From positions 1 through 56,856 of the forward strand of contig JBAZYI010000001.1 in the NCBI GenBank assembly GCA_041659345.1: a DNA stretch of 56,856 bases, given 5' to 3'. Numbering within the stretch: position 1 is the first letter of the stretch; each line of letters begins with the position of its first letter. A program made the translations under genes and the position numbers. This DNA comes from Candidatus Nanopelagicaceae bacterium. Its GTDB lineage: Bacteria > Actinomycetota > Actinomycetes > Nanopelagicales > Nanopelagicaceae. The notes below the pieces were generated by a model. That model did not search any database, had not been told where the DNA came from, and worked only from the letters and a program-made list of their open reading frames with translations. Below, piece by piece: positions 10,579 through 19,899 of the stretch.

Positions 10579-11561
10579 CAATGCCACCCCTCTGAAGCAA
10601 CCCACCGCGAGGCACCAGCATCCCATGTCTGGCGAATTCGATCACGCCACCAGTTGAGGCGATCTGAAGAAACTTCGTGGACTTTCATTGCTGAAGCACT
10701 AGGAACGACTCTTTGAACTTCTATCTTTCCATTCGTTATCGGCAATACGCCAATATCGTCTACTAGTAATTGTCCCGTTCCTAATCCGCAGGCAAAATCA
10801 AGATGCGGAAGGGCTGCAGCAAGTTTCAATCCGTATGAAATTCCCACCGCTGAATCAAGTGCGCTGGACACAACAACGGGCAGGTTATGAGCACTCGCAA
10901 TTTCCAAAGACCTTTTAATCCCCCCAAGTGGGGCGACTTTCAAGATCAGAATATCTACCGCGCCATTCAAGTCGATACTCAAGGGGCTCGAAGATTTTCG
11001 AACGATTTCATCTCCGGCTACCAATACCGGAACATCCAGCTTCTTTTTGAGCGCACGAAGTTCTTCGATAGTCGTGCAAGGTTGTTCGACATACTCAATA
11101 TTGCCCCCGGCTCGGATAGCTCGCAGGGCAATCAATGCCTGCGCAACTGTCCACGAACCGTTGACATCAACCCGAATTCTAGCTTCAGGCAATATTTCTC
11201 TCACGGTTGCGATGCGGGTGAGGTCTTCTTGGAGTCGATTGCCGACCTTGATTTTCACTGTTTTACAGCCCGAAAACCACGAGAGAATCGTCGAGATCTC
11301 CTCTCGACCGTTGACTGCGGGCAATGTTGCGTTGATATCAATTTCAGCACGGATTGCCTTCGGTGCTACGACAAGGGCCGCTTCAATTCCGCTTACCAAC
11401 CACGGGACACACTCACGAGGACCGTATTCAAGGAACGGCGAAAATTCTCCCCATCCCTGCGGGCCTTCAAATAAGGCAATCTCACGATGTTCTACAGAGC
11501 GGAAATTCGTCTTTGTCGAAACCGAGATGACACGCAAGGATTTAAGAATCGAAGCAAGCAT
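10575..11561 (-). CDS. menC: o-Succinylbenzoate synthase (enolase superfamily)
   Basis: 328 aa with KIKVG, DVNGSW, VEQP and LKVAPLGG segments. Lies between menB and menD. Confidence 0.85.
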   Translation of the reverse strand: MLASILKSLRVISVSTKTNFRSVEHREIALFEGPQGWGEFSPFLEYGPRECVPWLVSGIEAALVVAPKAIRAEIDINATLPAVNGREEISTILSWFSGCKTVKIKVGNRLQEDLTRIATVREILPEARIRVDVNGSWTVAQALIALRAIRAGGNIEYVEQPCTTIEELRALKKKLDVPVLVAGDEIVRKSSSPLSIDLNGAVDILILKVAPLGGIKRSLEIASAHNLPVVVSSALDSAVGISYGLKLAAALPHLDFACGLGTGQLLVDDIGVLPITNGKIEVQRVVPSASAMKVHEVSSDRLNWWRDRIRQTWDAGASRWVASEGWHW

Positions 11562-12440
11562 TTACGGGCGCCTAGGAAATTTCCCAAAATTTGGTAGGCG
11601 CTTCTCTAGATATGCGTCTCGTCCTTCTTGACCTTCTTCGGTCATGTAGAAGAGAAGGGTGGCATCACCCGCAAGTTGCTGTACCCCAGCCAATCCGTCA
11701 TCAGCCGCGTTTAAGCTCGCTTTCAACAATCGAATTGCCATGGGTGATTGACGAAGCATCTCTCTTGCCCATGAAACTGTCTCTGGTTCGAGTTCGGCAA
11801 GAGGGACAACCGTATTTACCAATCCCATCTCCAGGGCCTCTTGCGCGCTGTATTCACGCGTTAAGAACCAAATCTCGCGAGCTTTCTTCTGGCCAACGTG
11901 CGCAGCGAGAAGACCTGCGCCATAACCACCATCGAACGAACCAACCATCGGTCCAGTCTGTCCGAACTTTGCATTGTCAGCGGCAATAGTCAGATCACAG
12001 ACGACATGGAGAACATGACCGCCACCGACTGCCCACCCCGCAACCATTGCTACGACAGGTTTTGGTGTGCGACGAATCTGCACTTGTAGATCAAGCACAT
12101 TGAGTCGACCAATTCCTTTTTTTGCGAGCGCATCATCGCCCAAATATCCGTCGTCTCCACGAGAAGTGACATCGCCACCCGAACAAAATGCTTCAGTGCC
12201 CGCGCCGGTGAGAATTATGACGCCAACTTCTTCTTCATCTCTGGCTAGCAAAAATGCTTGTTGTAACTCGATAATCGTCTGGGGCCGAAAGGCGTTACGC
12301 ATCTGGGGGCGGTTGATGGTTATCTTCGCCATTCCTTCAGCAACTTCGTAGATGACATCAGTAAAAGTTTCACCGCCAGGACCGACCTCCCATTTCGGGA
12401 TGGAGCGGCTTCCAAATTCACGCTTAATCGGCTTGCTCAT
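11562..12440 (-). CDS. menB: 1,4-dihydroxy-2-naphthoyl-CoA synthase
   Basis: 292 aa crotonase fold ([22 protein letters not shown]). Strong SD AGGAGG sits 5 nt upstream of ATG 12438-12440. Confidence 0.95.
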   Translation of the reverse strand: MSKPIKREFGSRSIPKWEVGPGGETFTDVIYEVAEGMAKITINRPQMRNAFRPQTIIELQQAFLLARDEEEVGVIILTGAGTEAFCSGGDVTSRGDDGYLGDDALAKKGIGRLNVLDLQVQIRRTPKPVVAMVAGWAVGGGHVLHVVCDLTIAADNAKFGQTGPMVGSFDGGYGAGLLAAHVGQKKAREIWFLTREYSAQEALEMGLVNTVVPLAELEPETVSWAREMLRQSPMAIRLLKASLNAADDGLAGVQQLAGDATLLFYMTEEGQEGRDAYLEKRLPNFGKFPRRP

Positions 12441-12475
12441 ATTTCCTCCTACGCGGTTACGACCGATAGCCTACG

Positions 12476-13576
12476 GTGGCAATGGAAAACTCGTCACAAC
12501 GTCGTCCGCTAAAGCCCTGCTCTGATCTCGATCTACCCACTCTGATGGTCGAGTTGGCTAAGGGGCTAGTTGGAGAAGGTCCCACACTCGGCTTTGGGAA
12601 TGCTAGAAGCACCCACGCTCCCGAGGGGATTGCGGTTGTCACGACCACAACTGGATCGACGAGTAAGCCGAAAGAGGTAGGACTAAGCGCCTCGGCTCTA
12701 CTCTCCTGCGCGCGAGCATCGCATTCATACCTTGGGGCCGCCATCGGAGAGGTCTGGTCGCTCTTGCTTCCCCTTACCCATATTGCCGGTGTCAATGTGT
12801 TGGTCCGCTCCATCGAACTTGGCACGATGCCCGTTGATCTAAGAGATTCCCCCGCTTTTGGAACGGCCTATGAAAAGGCAGATTTCACCGCAATCGTGCC
12901 GACTCAACTTTTTCGTGCCTTGAATGGAGAGACTGAACTCTTGGAGCATCTGAGGAATTGCAGAGCAGTTCTGGTGGGCGGAGCAGCCCTTGATCCCGCA
13001 CTTGCGACTCAGGCAGCGGCAGTCGGAATCAACATTGTTCAGACTTACGGCATGAGTGAGACTTCTGGTGGATGTGTATACAACGGCGAACCATTAGCGG
13101 GCGTGGACGTGAGAATTATTGACGGTTTAATAGCAATTAAGGGTTCGACTCTTGCAACCACGTACATCAACGATGAGCACGGGTGGGAAGAGTCGTTGAA
13201 AGAAGGTTGGTTCGTTACAAGCGATCATGGAAGTTTTGTAGATGGCAAATTACAGATTTTAGGAAGAGCAGATGATGTCATCGCCAGTGGCGGCGAGAAG
13301 GTTTCCTTGAATGCGATTGAGGAGACTCTAAGAGCCAACTTTGTGGGCGTTGAATGCGCCGCTTTCGCAGTTCCCGATCAAGAATGGGGATCGACTCTTC
13401 ACATTGCAATCGCATCCAATACCTCAATTTCCGACGCGGAGATTTCCTCACTGCTAGCGCAAACTTTTGGCGATGTAGCAAAACCCAAAAGTTTCCATAG
13501 GATTTCAGAACTTCCGCTCATGGGTATCGGCAAAATTGATCGAAACGCACTTGTCCAACTAGTACGGAGAGGTTAA
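12476..13576 (+). CDS. menE: o-Succinylbenzoate-CoA ligase
   Basis: 366 aa with AMP-binding motifs (TTGSTSKPK, QTYGMSET, GWFVTSD, GKIDR). Start is uncertain (GTG 12476 or ATG 12482). Confidence 0.8.
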   Translation: MAMENSSQRRPLKPCSDLDLPTLMVELAKGLVGEGPTLGFGNARSTHAPEGIAVVTTTTGSTSKPKEVGLSASALLSCARASHSYLGAAIGEVWSLLLPLTHIAGVNVLVRSIELGTMPVDLRDSPAFGTAYEKADFTAIVPTQLFRALNGETELLEHLRNCRAVLVGGAALDPALATQAAAVGINIVQTYGMSETSGGCVYNGEPLAGVDVRIIDGLIAIKGSTLATTYINDEHGWEESLKEGWFVTSDHGSFVDGKLQILGRADDVIASGGEKVSLNAIEETLRANFVGVECAAFAVPDQEWGSTLHIAIASNTSISDAEISSLLAQTFGDVAKPKSFHRISELPLMGIGKIDRNALVQLVRRG

Positions 13577-13580
13577 TAAA

Positions 13581-14435
13581 TTGACAACACTTGATACCTG
13601 GGTGAAAGGCGCACGGCCACGAACCCTTCCAGCGGCAGTTGCACCCGTGATCGTCGCAACCGCCCTGGCTGGAAGTGATGCGAGTGCATCCCGCGCCTGC
13701 CTCGCGCTACTAGTAAGCCTCTCTCTTCAAATAGGTGTCAACTACTCCAATGATTACTCAGATGGGGTTCGCGGTACCGATTCAGATCGGGTAGGACCTA
13801 CGCGAATTGTGGCAAGCGGTCTCGCCATTCCATCTTCAGTGAAAGCAGCGGCAATTATCTCCTTTCTAGTCGGTGCCTTCGCTGGTTTGGTTCTGGCCAT
13901 TCTTACCTCGTGGTGGCTCATACCAGTGGGAGCGGCAGCAATACTCGCAGCTTGGTATTACACGGGAGGAAAGAAACCTTACGGATATAGCGGATTGGGT
14001 GAAATTGCCGTCTTTATCTTCTTCGGACTCGTCGCAACAATGGGTTCGTACTTTGTTCAAACAGAAAAAATTACTCTGGATAGTTTCCTAACGGCAGTTC
14101 CAGTGGGCGCTCTCGCCTGTGCAATTCTGGCAATCAACAATATTCGCGATCGAGAGAAAGACCAGGCCGTGGGGAAACGTACTTTAGCCGTGCGTTTAGG
14201 AGATCAGGGGAGTCGCAATTTTTATGTGGGGCTCCTTCTTCTTGCCCATCTTTCCTCACTCCTTATTGCTCCCTGGGCGTTGCTCACGCTCATTCTTACT
14301 CCGCTGACCTTCCAACTGGCCCGCTCGGTGAAATCACAGATTCACGGAGTTGCGCTTATCCCCATGTTGGCCAAGACGGGGCAGCTTCAGCTCCTCTTTG
14401 CAGGGCTGTTAGCACTGGCACTGTGGCTTGCATAA
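13581..14435 (+). CDS. menA: 1,4-dihydroxy-2-naphthoate polyprenyltransferase
   Basis: 284 aa polytopic UbiA-family protein (NYSNDYSDGVRGTD). TTG start. Confidence 0.9.
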   Translation: MTTLDTWVKGARPRTLPAAVAPVIVATALAGSDASASRACLALLVSLSLQIGVNYSNDYSDGVRGTDSDRVGPTRIVASGLAIPSSVKAAAIISFLVGAFAGLVLAILTSWWLIPVGAAAILAAWYYTGGKKPYGYSGLGEIAVFIFFGLVATMGSYFVQTEKITLDSFLTAVPVGALACAILAINNIRDREKDQAVGKRTLAVRLGDQGSRNFYVGLLLLAHLSSLLIAPWALLTLILTPLTFQLARSVKSQIHGVALIPMLAKTGQLQLLFAGLLALALWLA

Positions 14436-14449
14436 TCTAGCGTTACACT

Positions 14450-14707
14450 TTGGGTATGCGCTTCCTCATGATCGTTCTTCCCGTTATTTTCATTATTTAT
14501 ACACTTGTTGATTGCGCGGGTACCGACACATCCGAAATTCGCAACCTTCCAAAATGGGGATGGCTACTCATAATTATTTTCGTGGGCCTTATTGGTTCAA
14601 TTGCTTATTGGATCGCTGGTCGTCCGCGTCGACTTGGATACTCTGGTGGCGGGTACCGCCGAGTTCTTCCACCGGACGACAATCCTGATTTTCTACGTAA
14701 CCTTTAG
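14450..14707 (+). CDS. Small membrane protein with a PLD-nuclease N-terminal (PLDc_N)-like domain
   Basis: 85 aa with two hydrophobic helices and a KWGWLLIIIFVGLIGSIAYWIAGR segment typical of this small-protein family. Confidence 0.7.
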   Translation: MGMRFLMIVLPVIFIIYTLVDCAGTDTSEIRNLPKWGWLLIIIFVGLIGSIAYWIAGRPRRLGYSGGGYRRVLPPDDNPDFLRNL

Positions 14708-14722
14708 CAAACCCCCTACGAA

Positions 14723-15658
14723 TCAGAGCCCAGAGTACGTGTGCTTTCCCGTACCCCAAATATTTATGTACACGTAATTAAATAGAAAAGTCGAACCTGC
14801 GAAGAGACAGAGCCACGCAGCTTTGCGTCCTCTCCAACCAACGGTGACTCGGGCATGAAGGTATGCGGCATAAGCAACCCAAGTTATAAAAGCCCAAGTC
14901 TCTTTTGGATCCCAACCCCAATACCTGCCCCACGCGCTCTCTGCCCATATCGCTCCAGCGATGACCGCGAAAGTCCACAGTGGAAAGACAAAGGCAACAA
15001 GGCGGTATGAAAGTTGATCAAGGACTTCGAGAGATGGAAGTCTCTTTGCCCAATTCTTCCGTTCGCCTTTCTGCTCCATCGCATCCAAGTAGAGATATGT
15101 CGCAGCAATTGTGTTGGCCAGAAGGAATACCCCTCCGGAGATAATTGCCGCAGAGACATGGATGACAAGCCAGGTCGATTTAAGCGCAGGTACCAACGGA
15201 GCGCTCGGGCGGTAAAGGACAGCCACGGCAGTTCCGAGAGTGAGCAGGACCAATATTGAAACGAGCAGGCCCATCCAACGTAAATCATGTTTTCGAAGTG
15301 CAAAAAGGTAGGCGCCGCAGAAAGCGAGAGCACCTGTGATTGAGAATTCATACATATTTCCCCACGGCACACGACCAGCAGAAACACCTCGGGCAACTAC
15401 TCCCGCGAGCAGAAGTAAGAATCCTAAGATCATAAATGCGCTCGCAACTCGTCCGACTTTTTCCGTCCGCTTGTAATCCAGAGTCTTAACGAGAAGCTTC
15501 GCAGCTGAAGAGCCTTCTGCTGATGTTGCTTCATCGCTCTGCGGTGCTCGGACAGCCCAGGCGGTCTCGTATGCGTGAGCAAAAAAAGCGAGAGTGAAAA
15601 CGGCCATGGATGAGTAAACAAAATAGTTGGAGAGGTACGCCCACGATGAGTTTGTCAT
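14723..15658 (-). CDS. ccsB: c-type cytochrome biogenesis protein CcsB/ResC
   Basis: 311 aa polytopic protein with the tryptophan-rich heme-handling motif WGRYWGWDPKETWA. Confidence 0.9.
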   Translation of the reverse strand: MTNSSWAYLSNYFVYSSMAVFTLAFFAHAYETAWAVRAPQSDEATSAEGSSAAKLLVKTLDYKRTEKVGRVASAFMILGFLLLLAGVVARGVSAGRVPWGNMYEFSITGALAFCGAYLFALRKHDLRWMGLLVSILVLLTLGTAVAVLYRPSAPLVPALKSTWLVIHVSAAIISGGVFLLANTIAATYLYLDAMEQKGERKNWAKRLPSLEVLDQLSYRLVAFVFPLWTFAVIAGAIWAESAWGRYWGWDPKETWAFITWVAYAAYLHARVTVGWRGRKAAWLCLFAGSTFLFNYVYINIWGTGKHTYSGL

Positions 15659-17130
15659 TCGCCCGCCTTCTTCAATACAGCTACCAACATACTTATCTCA
15701 TTCTCTAAACCTGGGGCACTATTTTTTGCCAATCCCGCTACTTCGACAACTCCATCACGCTGACGAATCCAAATTCTGCGACGTCGGGTGAAGAGCGATC
15801 CAAGCAGACCAAGGATCGCAAGAATACCCCCAAGGAGTGCATACAGTTTCCCAGGGTCTCTCACCACCAAGATATTTACCCATTGCACTACCCCATCGAA
15901 AGAGATGCTTCCCTCAGCAAATGTAAATGTCTCACCAAGGTTGAGGGATTTCAAACCAATCTTCTCCATTTTCGATGTATCAATTCGATAAACAGATTGT
16001 GGAACCCCCTGATCTAATCCGAGATCGCCCGTCCATGCAGAAAGCAGAAGTTTTGGATTGAGGGCTTCCGGGAACGATGAAAAGCCTCCTCGAATCTTGT
16101 TACTTTCAGCAGTAGGCAGGAATGATGCGACAAACCCAATCTGGGGGTTGGCATCAGGGGCTTTAATAGCGCCAATTGAAGACAAGTTTGAGTCTTGGGG
16201 AAGAAACGGGATCGGACCTTGCAGGACTATCTCCCCTGACTTATCTCTGACTGTGACAATGGGCGAGTAGCCATTTGCCTGCAAATAAATATTCGTACTT
16301 CCCATCGTGAGCGGAGAATTCACCTTGATGGTGCGTTGAACCTTAGGTGCGCCAGGCATGTCAGTCGCCGTAACTTTGAGGGTGTAATCCTCAGGAGCGT
16401 TTGTCACCGGATTGTACTTCGCAACAAAACTGTCTACCGCTATCGTAAAGGGCGTCAGCGAACGGTCTCCAAATAATTTGCCATAACTCAGAGAGTCGTA
16501 GGTTGTTGGTGTATTCGTAAATCGTTCTCCAACGTTGACTATCGCCTCCCCACGCATACCAAAAAGTGCCCCCAAGCTCACTCCAATGAGAATCAGGATG
16601 AGAGCCAAGTGAAAGAGGAGATTTCCAGTCTCTCGCAAATAGCCTTTCTCGGCCGATATGGATCCATCGACTTCGAGTATTCGAAATCGCTTTTCTTTCA
16701 GCCACCTTTTTGCACTCTCAATTTCGGTGCCAGTTCCATCCCATGACTGAAAGAACTCCATCCGATCCAAATATTGTGGGGTCATTGGAGGAAGAGCTCG
16801 TGCTGCGCGAAAATGTTCAAACGAACGTGGGAGAACGCAACCAATGAGTGAGATGAAAAGCAGAATATAAATCGCACTAAACCACGGTGAACCGTACACA
16901 TCAAATAGAGAGAAGCTGTCCATCCTTCTGGCTAGACTTGGATCGCTGCGAAACAGTGCGTCGACTTTCATCGGGTTCTGAAGTCTCTGCGGAATTAGAG
17001 ATCCTGGTATTGAGGCAATAGCAAGTAAGAGCAAGAGCATCAGCGCCGTGCGCATACTCGTCAGTTGTCGCCAGGCAAATCTAAATAAGCTTACGATTCC
17101 TAACTCTGGAAGATTGGTCTCTTCACTCAT
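15655..17130 (-). CDS. resB: Cytochrome c biogenesis protein ResB
   Basis: 491 aa with N-terminal TM helices, a large extracytoplasmic domain and a C-terminal TM helix. 4-nt overlap with ccsB. Confidence 0.88.
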   Translation of the reverse strand: MSEETNLPELGIVSLFRFAWRQLTSMRTALMLLLLLAIASIPGSLIPQRLQNPMKVDALFRSDPSLARRMDSFSLFDVYGSPWFSAIYILLFISLIGCVLPRSFEHFRAARALPPMTPQYLDRMEFFQSWDGTGTEIESAKRWLKEKRFRILEVDGSISAEKGYLRETGNLLFHLALILILIGVSLGALFGMRGEAIVNVGERFTNTPTTYDSLSYGKLFGDRSLTPFTIAVDSFVAKYNPVTNAPEDYTLKVTATDMPGAPKVQRTIKVNSPLTMGSTNIYLQANGYSPIVTVRDKSGEIVLQGPIPFLPQDSNLSSIGAIKAPDANPQIGFVASFLPTAESNKIRGGFSSFPEALNPKLLLSAWTGDLGLDQGVPQSVYRIDTSKMEKIGLKSLNLGETFTFAEGSISFDGVVQWVNILVVRDPGKLYALLGGILAILGLLGSLFTRRRRIWIRQRDGVVEVAGLAKNSAPGLENEISMLVAVLKKAGE

Positions 17131-17856
17131 CTAGACCACCGGAATAAAGTTTGAGATCATCGAACGAAGTGAAATCATGACTTCGTTCCATATTCCAAAG
17201 ACTTGCAACAAGCCAATAAAAATTAAGAACGCTCCTCCAACGTTGCTAATGACATTGCCATGGCGACTCATGAACCGTCGCAACCCTTCTGATTTATCAA
17301 GAAAGAGTCCAGAAAGAATGAACGGTGTACCCAAGCCGATGCAGTAGCCAAGTGACAAGATCGCACCGCGGAGAGCACTAGCCTCTTGAAAAGCGAGAGT
17401 CTCAACCGCTGCTAGGGCCGGGCCAATGCAAGGTGTCCAACCAACGCCAAATAGGAAGCCAAGTATCGGTGCGCCCACTAACCCGCCGACCGCAGACATC
17501 TTTGGCCTATAGGTGGGCATCATTGGGAAAACTCCCATAAATATAACTCCGAGTGCAATGGTGAAGAAACCCAGAATTCTGGTGATGCCACTTTCGTGGC
17601 TGAGAATTTTTGAACCCAGTCCACCAAAGAGTGCACCATAGGAGACAAAGAGGATGGTAAATCCGGAGATAAACAGAATTGAACCGAGTAGCACTCTCCC
17701 GCGACTCTTTGACATGCCTGCCGCGTAAGAGAGATAGCCCGGCACAAGTGGAAGTACGCATGGCGAAAGAAAAGAGATAAGCCCTGCAACAATAGAAATC
17801 GGGAAAGCAATTAAGAGCGCCCCATCGAATATCTGGTCTACAAAAAAATCTTTCAT
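17131..17856 (-). CDS. ccdA: Cytochrome c biogenesis protein CcdA (DsbD-family thiol-disulfide transporter)
   Basis: 241 aa polytopic protein with the FLSPCVLPLVPGY and GWTPCIGP cysteine motifs. Confidence 0.9.
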   Translation of the reverse strand: MKDFFVDQIFDGALLIAFPISIVAGLISFLSPCVLPLVPGYLSYAAGMSKSRGRVLLGSILFISGFTILFVSYGALFGGLGSKILSHESGITRILGFFTIALGVIFMGVFPMMPTYRPKMSAVGGLVGAPILGFLFGVGWTPCIGPALAAVETLAFQEASALRGAILSLGYCIGLGTPFILSGLFLDKSEGLRRFMSRHGNVISNVGGAFLIFIGLLQVFGIWNEVMISLRSMISNFIPVV

Positions 17857-18401
17857 TCTTTGGAGACCCGCTCAATCAAATCGGTCAATGAAGCGATCGT
17901 GATTTCGCCAGATATTCTCGCGGCAACATCGCCATTCTTATCAATCACTAGGGTCGTAGGAATTGCATTGGCTATGAGGGAATTACGAAAGCCCAGTAAA
18001 ATTGAGTCGTCGACAAGTGTCGGGTACGGGATCGAGAACCGCCTGACAAAGGCGCGTGCAGTCGAAACATTATCTCTCGTCAGGACACCGATAAAACTCA
18101 CTCCAGGAAATGTCTCGGAGAGGGCGGCAAGTGACGGTGCTTCAGCACGGCACGGTGCGCACCATGAAGCCCAGACATTGAGGACTCCTACTTGCCCTTT
18201 CTCAAAGCGGTATGTACCGCCATCTAAAGTTTTCCCTTCGATCGTGGGTGCAGCGACTCGCTCTTTCGCGTTGATAAAAGTAACGGTGCCATTGCCTGCA
18301 ATAAAACTTCGTGACCCTGTTGAAGAACTCCCGCCGGCGCACCCGGAGAGTAGAAGTGCCACCACGACCCCGAGAAGGGATATCCGCCGGATTCCTTTCA
18401 T
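17853..18401 (-). CDS. TlpA/ResA-like thioredoxin-fold lipoprotein
   Basis: 182 aa with lipobox LLSGC and active site WASWCAPC. 4-nt overlap with ccdA. Confidence 0.85.
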   Translation of the reverse strand: MKGIRRISLLGVVVALLLSGCAGGSSSTGSRSFIAGNGTVTFINAKERVAAPTIEGKTLDGGTYRFEKGQVGVLNVWASWCAPCRAEAPSLAALSETFPGVSFIGVLTRDNVSTARAFVRRFSIPYPTLVDDSILLGFRNSLIANAIPTTLVIDKNGDVAARISGEITIASLTDLIERVSKE

Positions 18402-19036
18402 TACTTCTTCATGGGGAGTAGATGACGCGCTGGTTCTGAATAACTAACTCCTGTAATCATGTCCTGGTCATCGAAATGAAAGGTCGTAACCGAGGCAAGT
18501 GAACACTCTCTCTTACGAGGATCGTGAATCATGTGACGTCCCTCTATCGAGCTTCGAAGAATCCAAATGGGAAGTTGATGCGAAACACAGATTGCATCTT
18601 TTCCACCTGCCGCTTCGCGGGCAGCGAAAATCGCCGCCAGCATTCGATTTACCTGATCGACATAAGGTTCGCCCCAAGAAGGTTTCCATGGATTCCAAAG
18701 ATGTCGCCAGGCTCTTGGGTGAAGTAGCGCGCCGTCGCCCACTCCAAAGGCCCGCCCTTCAAAGACATTTGCCGCTTCAATCAACCTTTCATCCGTCAAT
18801 ATGGGAAGATTGTGTGCTTCCGAAATTGGCAGTGCGCTCTCCTGTGCTCGCTCCAGCGGCGAGACGTGGAGCGCGCCGAGGTCGAGACTTTTGGACCATT
18901 CGCCCAAAGTCTGCGCCATTTCTTGACCGCGTTGCGATAATCGCCAACCAGGCTGGCGGCCGTAAAGAATCTTTTTAGGATTTTCCACTTCACCGTGACG
19001 AATTACATGAACCTTTGAAGCCCCACTTGAGATCAT
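18401..19036 (-). CDS. Histidine phosphatase (phosphoglycerate mutase) family protein
   Basis: 211 aa with the RHG catalytic motif (VIRHGEVENP) and a downstream SHQLPI histidine. Confidence 0.85.
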   Translation of the reverse strand: MISSGASKVHVIRHGEVENPKKILYGRQPGWRLSQRGQEMAQTLGEWSKSLDLGALHVSPLERAQESALPISEAHNLPILTDERLIEAANVFEGRAFGVGDGALLHPRAWRHLWNPWKPSWGEPYVDQVNRMLAAIFAAREAAGGKDAICVSHQLPIWILRSSIEGRHMIHDPRKRECSLASVTTFHFDDQDMITGVSYSEPARHLLPMKK

Positions 19037-19086
19037 AGGGAAAGCATAAAGCGTTGGCGTCTTCTCCAGATCACTAGGCTAGGTAC

Positions 19087-19863
19087 ATGGCTCCTACCCC
19101 CAAAAGAGCGGCATTTTTTGATGTCGATAACACGCTGATACGGGGATCTAGTCTCTACTTCCTTGGTCGCGGCATGTACCAACGTGGCTTCTTCAGTAAA
19201 GCAGATATCTCACGATTTGTTCTAGCCAACCTGCGCTTCCGATTGACAGGAAAAGAGAATCCTGAGGAAATGAAGCGATGGCAGAAGGCCGCTACAGATT
19301 TTATCGGCGGTCATAAAGTCGATGAGATCGCAATCATGGCTCAAGAGGTGTACGACGAGTACGTCTCACCCGCCTTGTGGCAAGGAACAATAGATATCGC
19401 TCAGACACATCTCAGCAACGACGAAGAGGTCTGGCTCGTAACGGCAGCCCCGCAAGATATGGCCCGTCTCATATCGGAAAGACTCGGCTTCACTGGTGCG
19501 TTGGGCAGCCGAGCAGAAATCAAGGATGGTCTCTACACAGGCGCAATGTCTGGCAATCTGCTGCACGGGAAGGAGAAGGCAATTGCGATCGCAGAGTTGG
19601 CCACCCGGCGCAAATTTGATCTTGGAAATTGCTATGCATACTCAGATAGCCACAATGATCTTCCACTCTTACTTGCAGTTGGACACCCGAGCGTCATTAA
19701 TCCTGATGCGGTTCTAAGAATTCGCGCCCTTCGAGAAAAGTGGCCAATCCACGACTTCAGGCGGGCACGCGTCATAAACCGGATTTTTGGTCCCCTTTTT
19801 AGTCGCGTCGCGTCAATCGCGGTCTTAATGCTCCCGCGGGGCAATCACGAGAAAGATCGGTAA
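19087..19863 (+). CDS. HAD-IB family hydrolase (SerB-like)
   Basis: 258 aa with motif I FFDVDNTLI, a cap region, and motif IV YSDSHNDLP. Confidence 0.85.
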   Translation: MAPTPKRAAFFDVDNTLIRGSSLYFLGRGMYQRGFFSKADISRFVLANLRFRLTGKENPEEMKRWQKAATDFIGGHKVDEIAIMAQEVYDEYVSPALWQGTIDIAQTHLSNDEEVWLVTAAPQDMARLISERLGFTGALGSRAEIKDGLYTGAMSGNLLHGKEKAIAIAELATRRKFDLGNCYAYSDSHNDLPLLLAVGHPSVINPDAVLRIRALREKWPIHDFRRARVINRIFGPLFSRVASIAVLMLPRGNHEKDR

Positions 19864-19899
19864 GCGCCACCCTCTCCCAAGCACTAATGTAGAACGGTT

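Noticed and set aside
10887-11631. Two overlapping ~195-aa plus-strand ORFs antisense to menC/menB
   Set aside because: These are shadow frames of strongly supported men genes. They have no recognisable domains and would overlap each other.
17860-18447. 195-aa plus-strand ORF antisense to the ResA-like gene
   Set aside because: The opposite strand encodes a protein with a lipobox and a WCAPC active site. This frame has no features and is a mirror-frame artefact.
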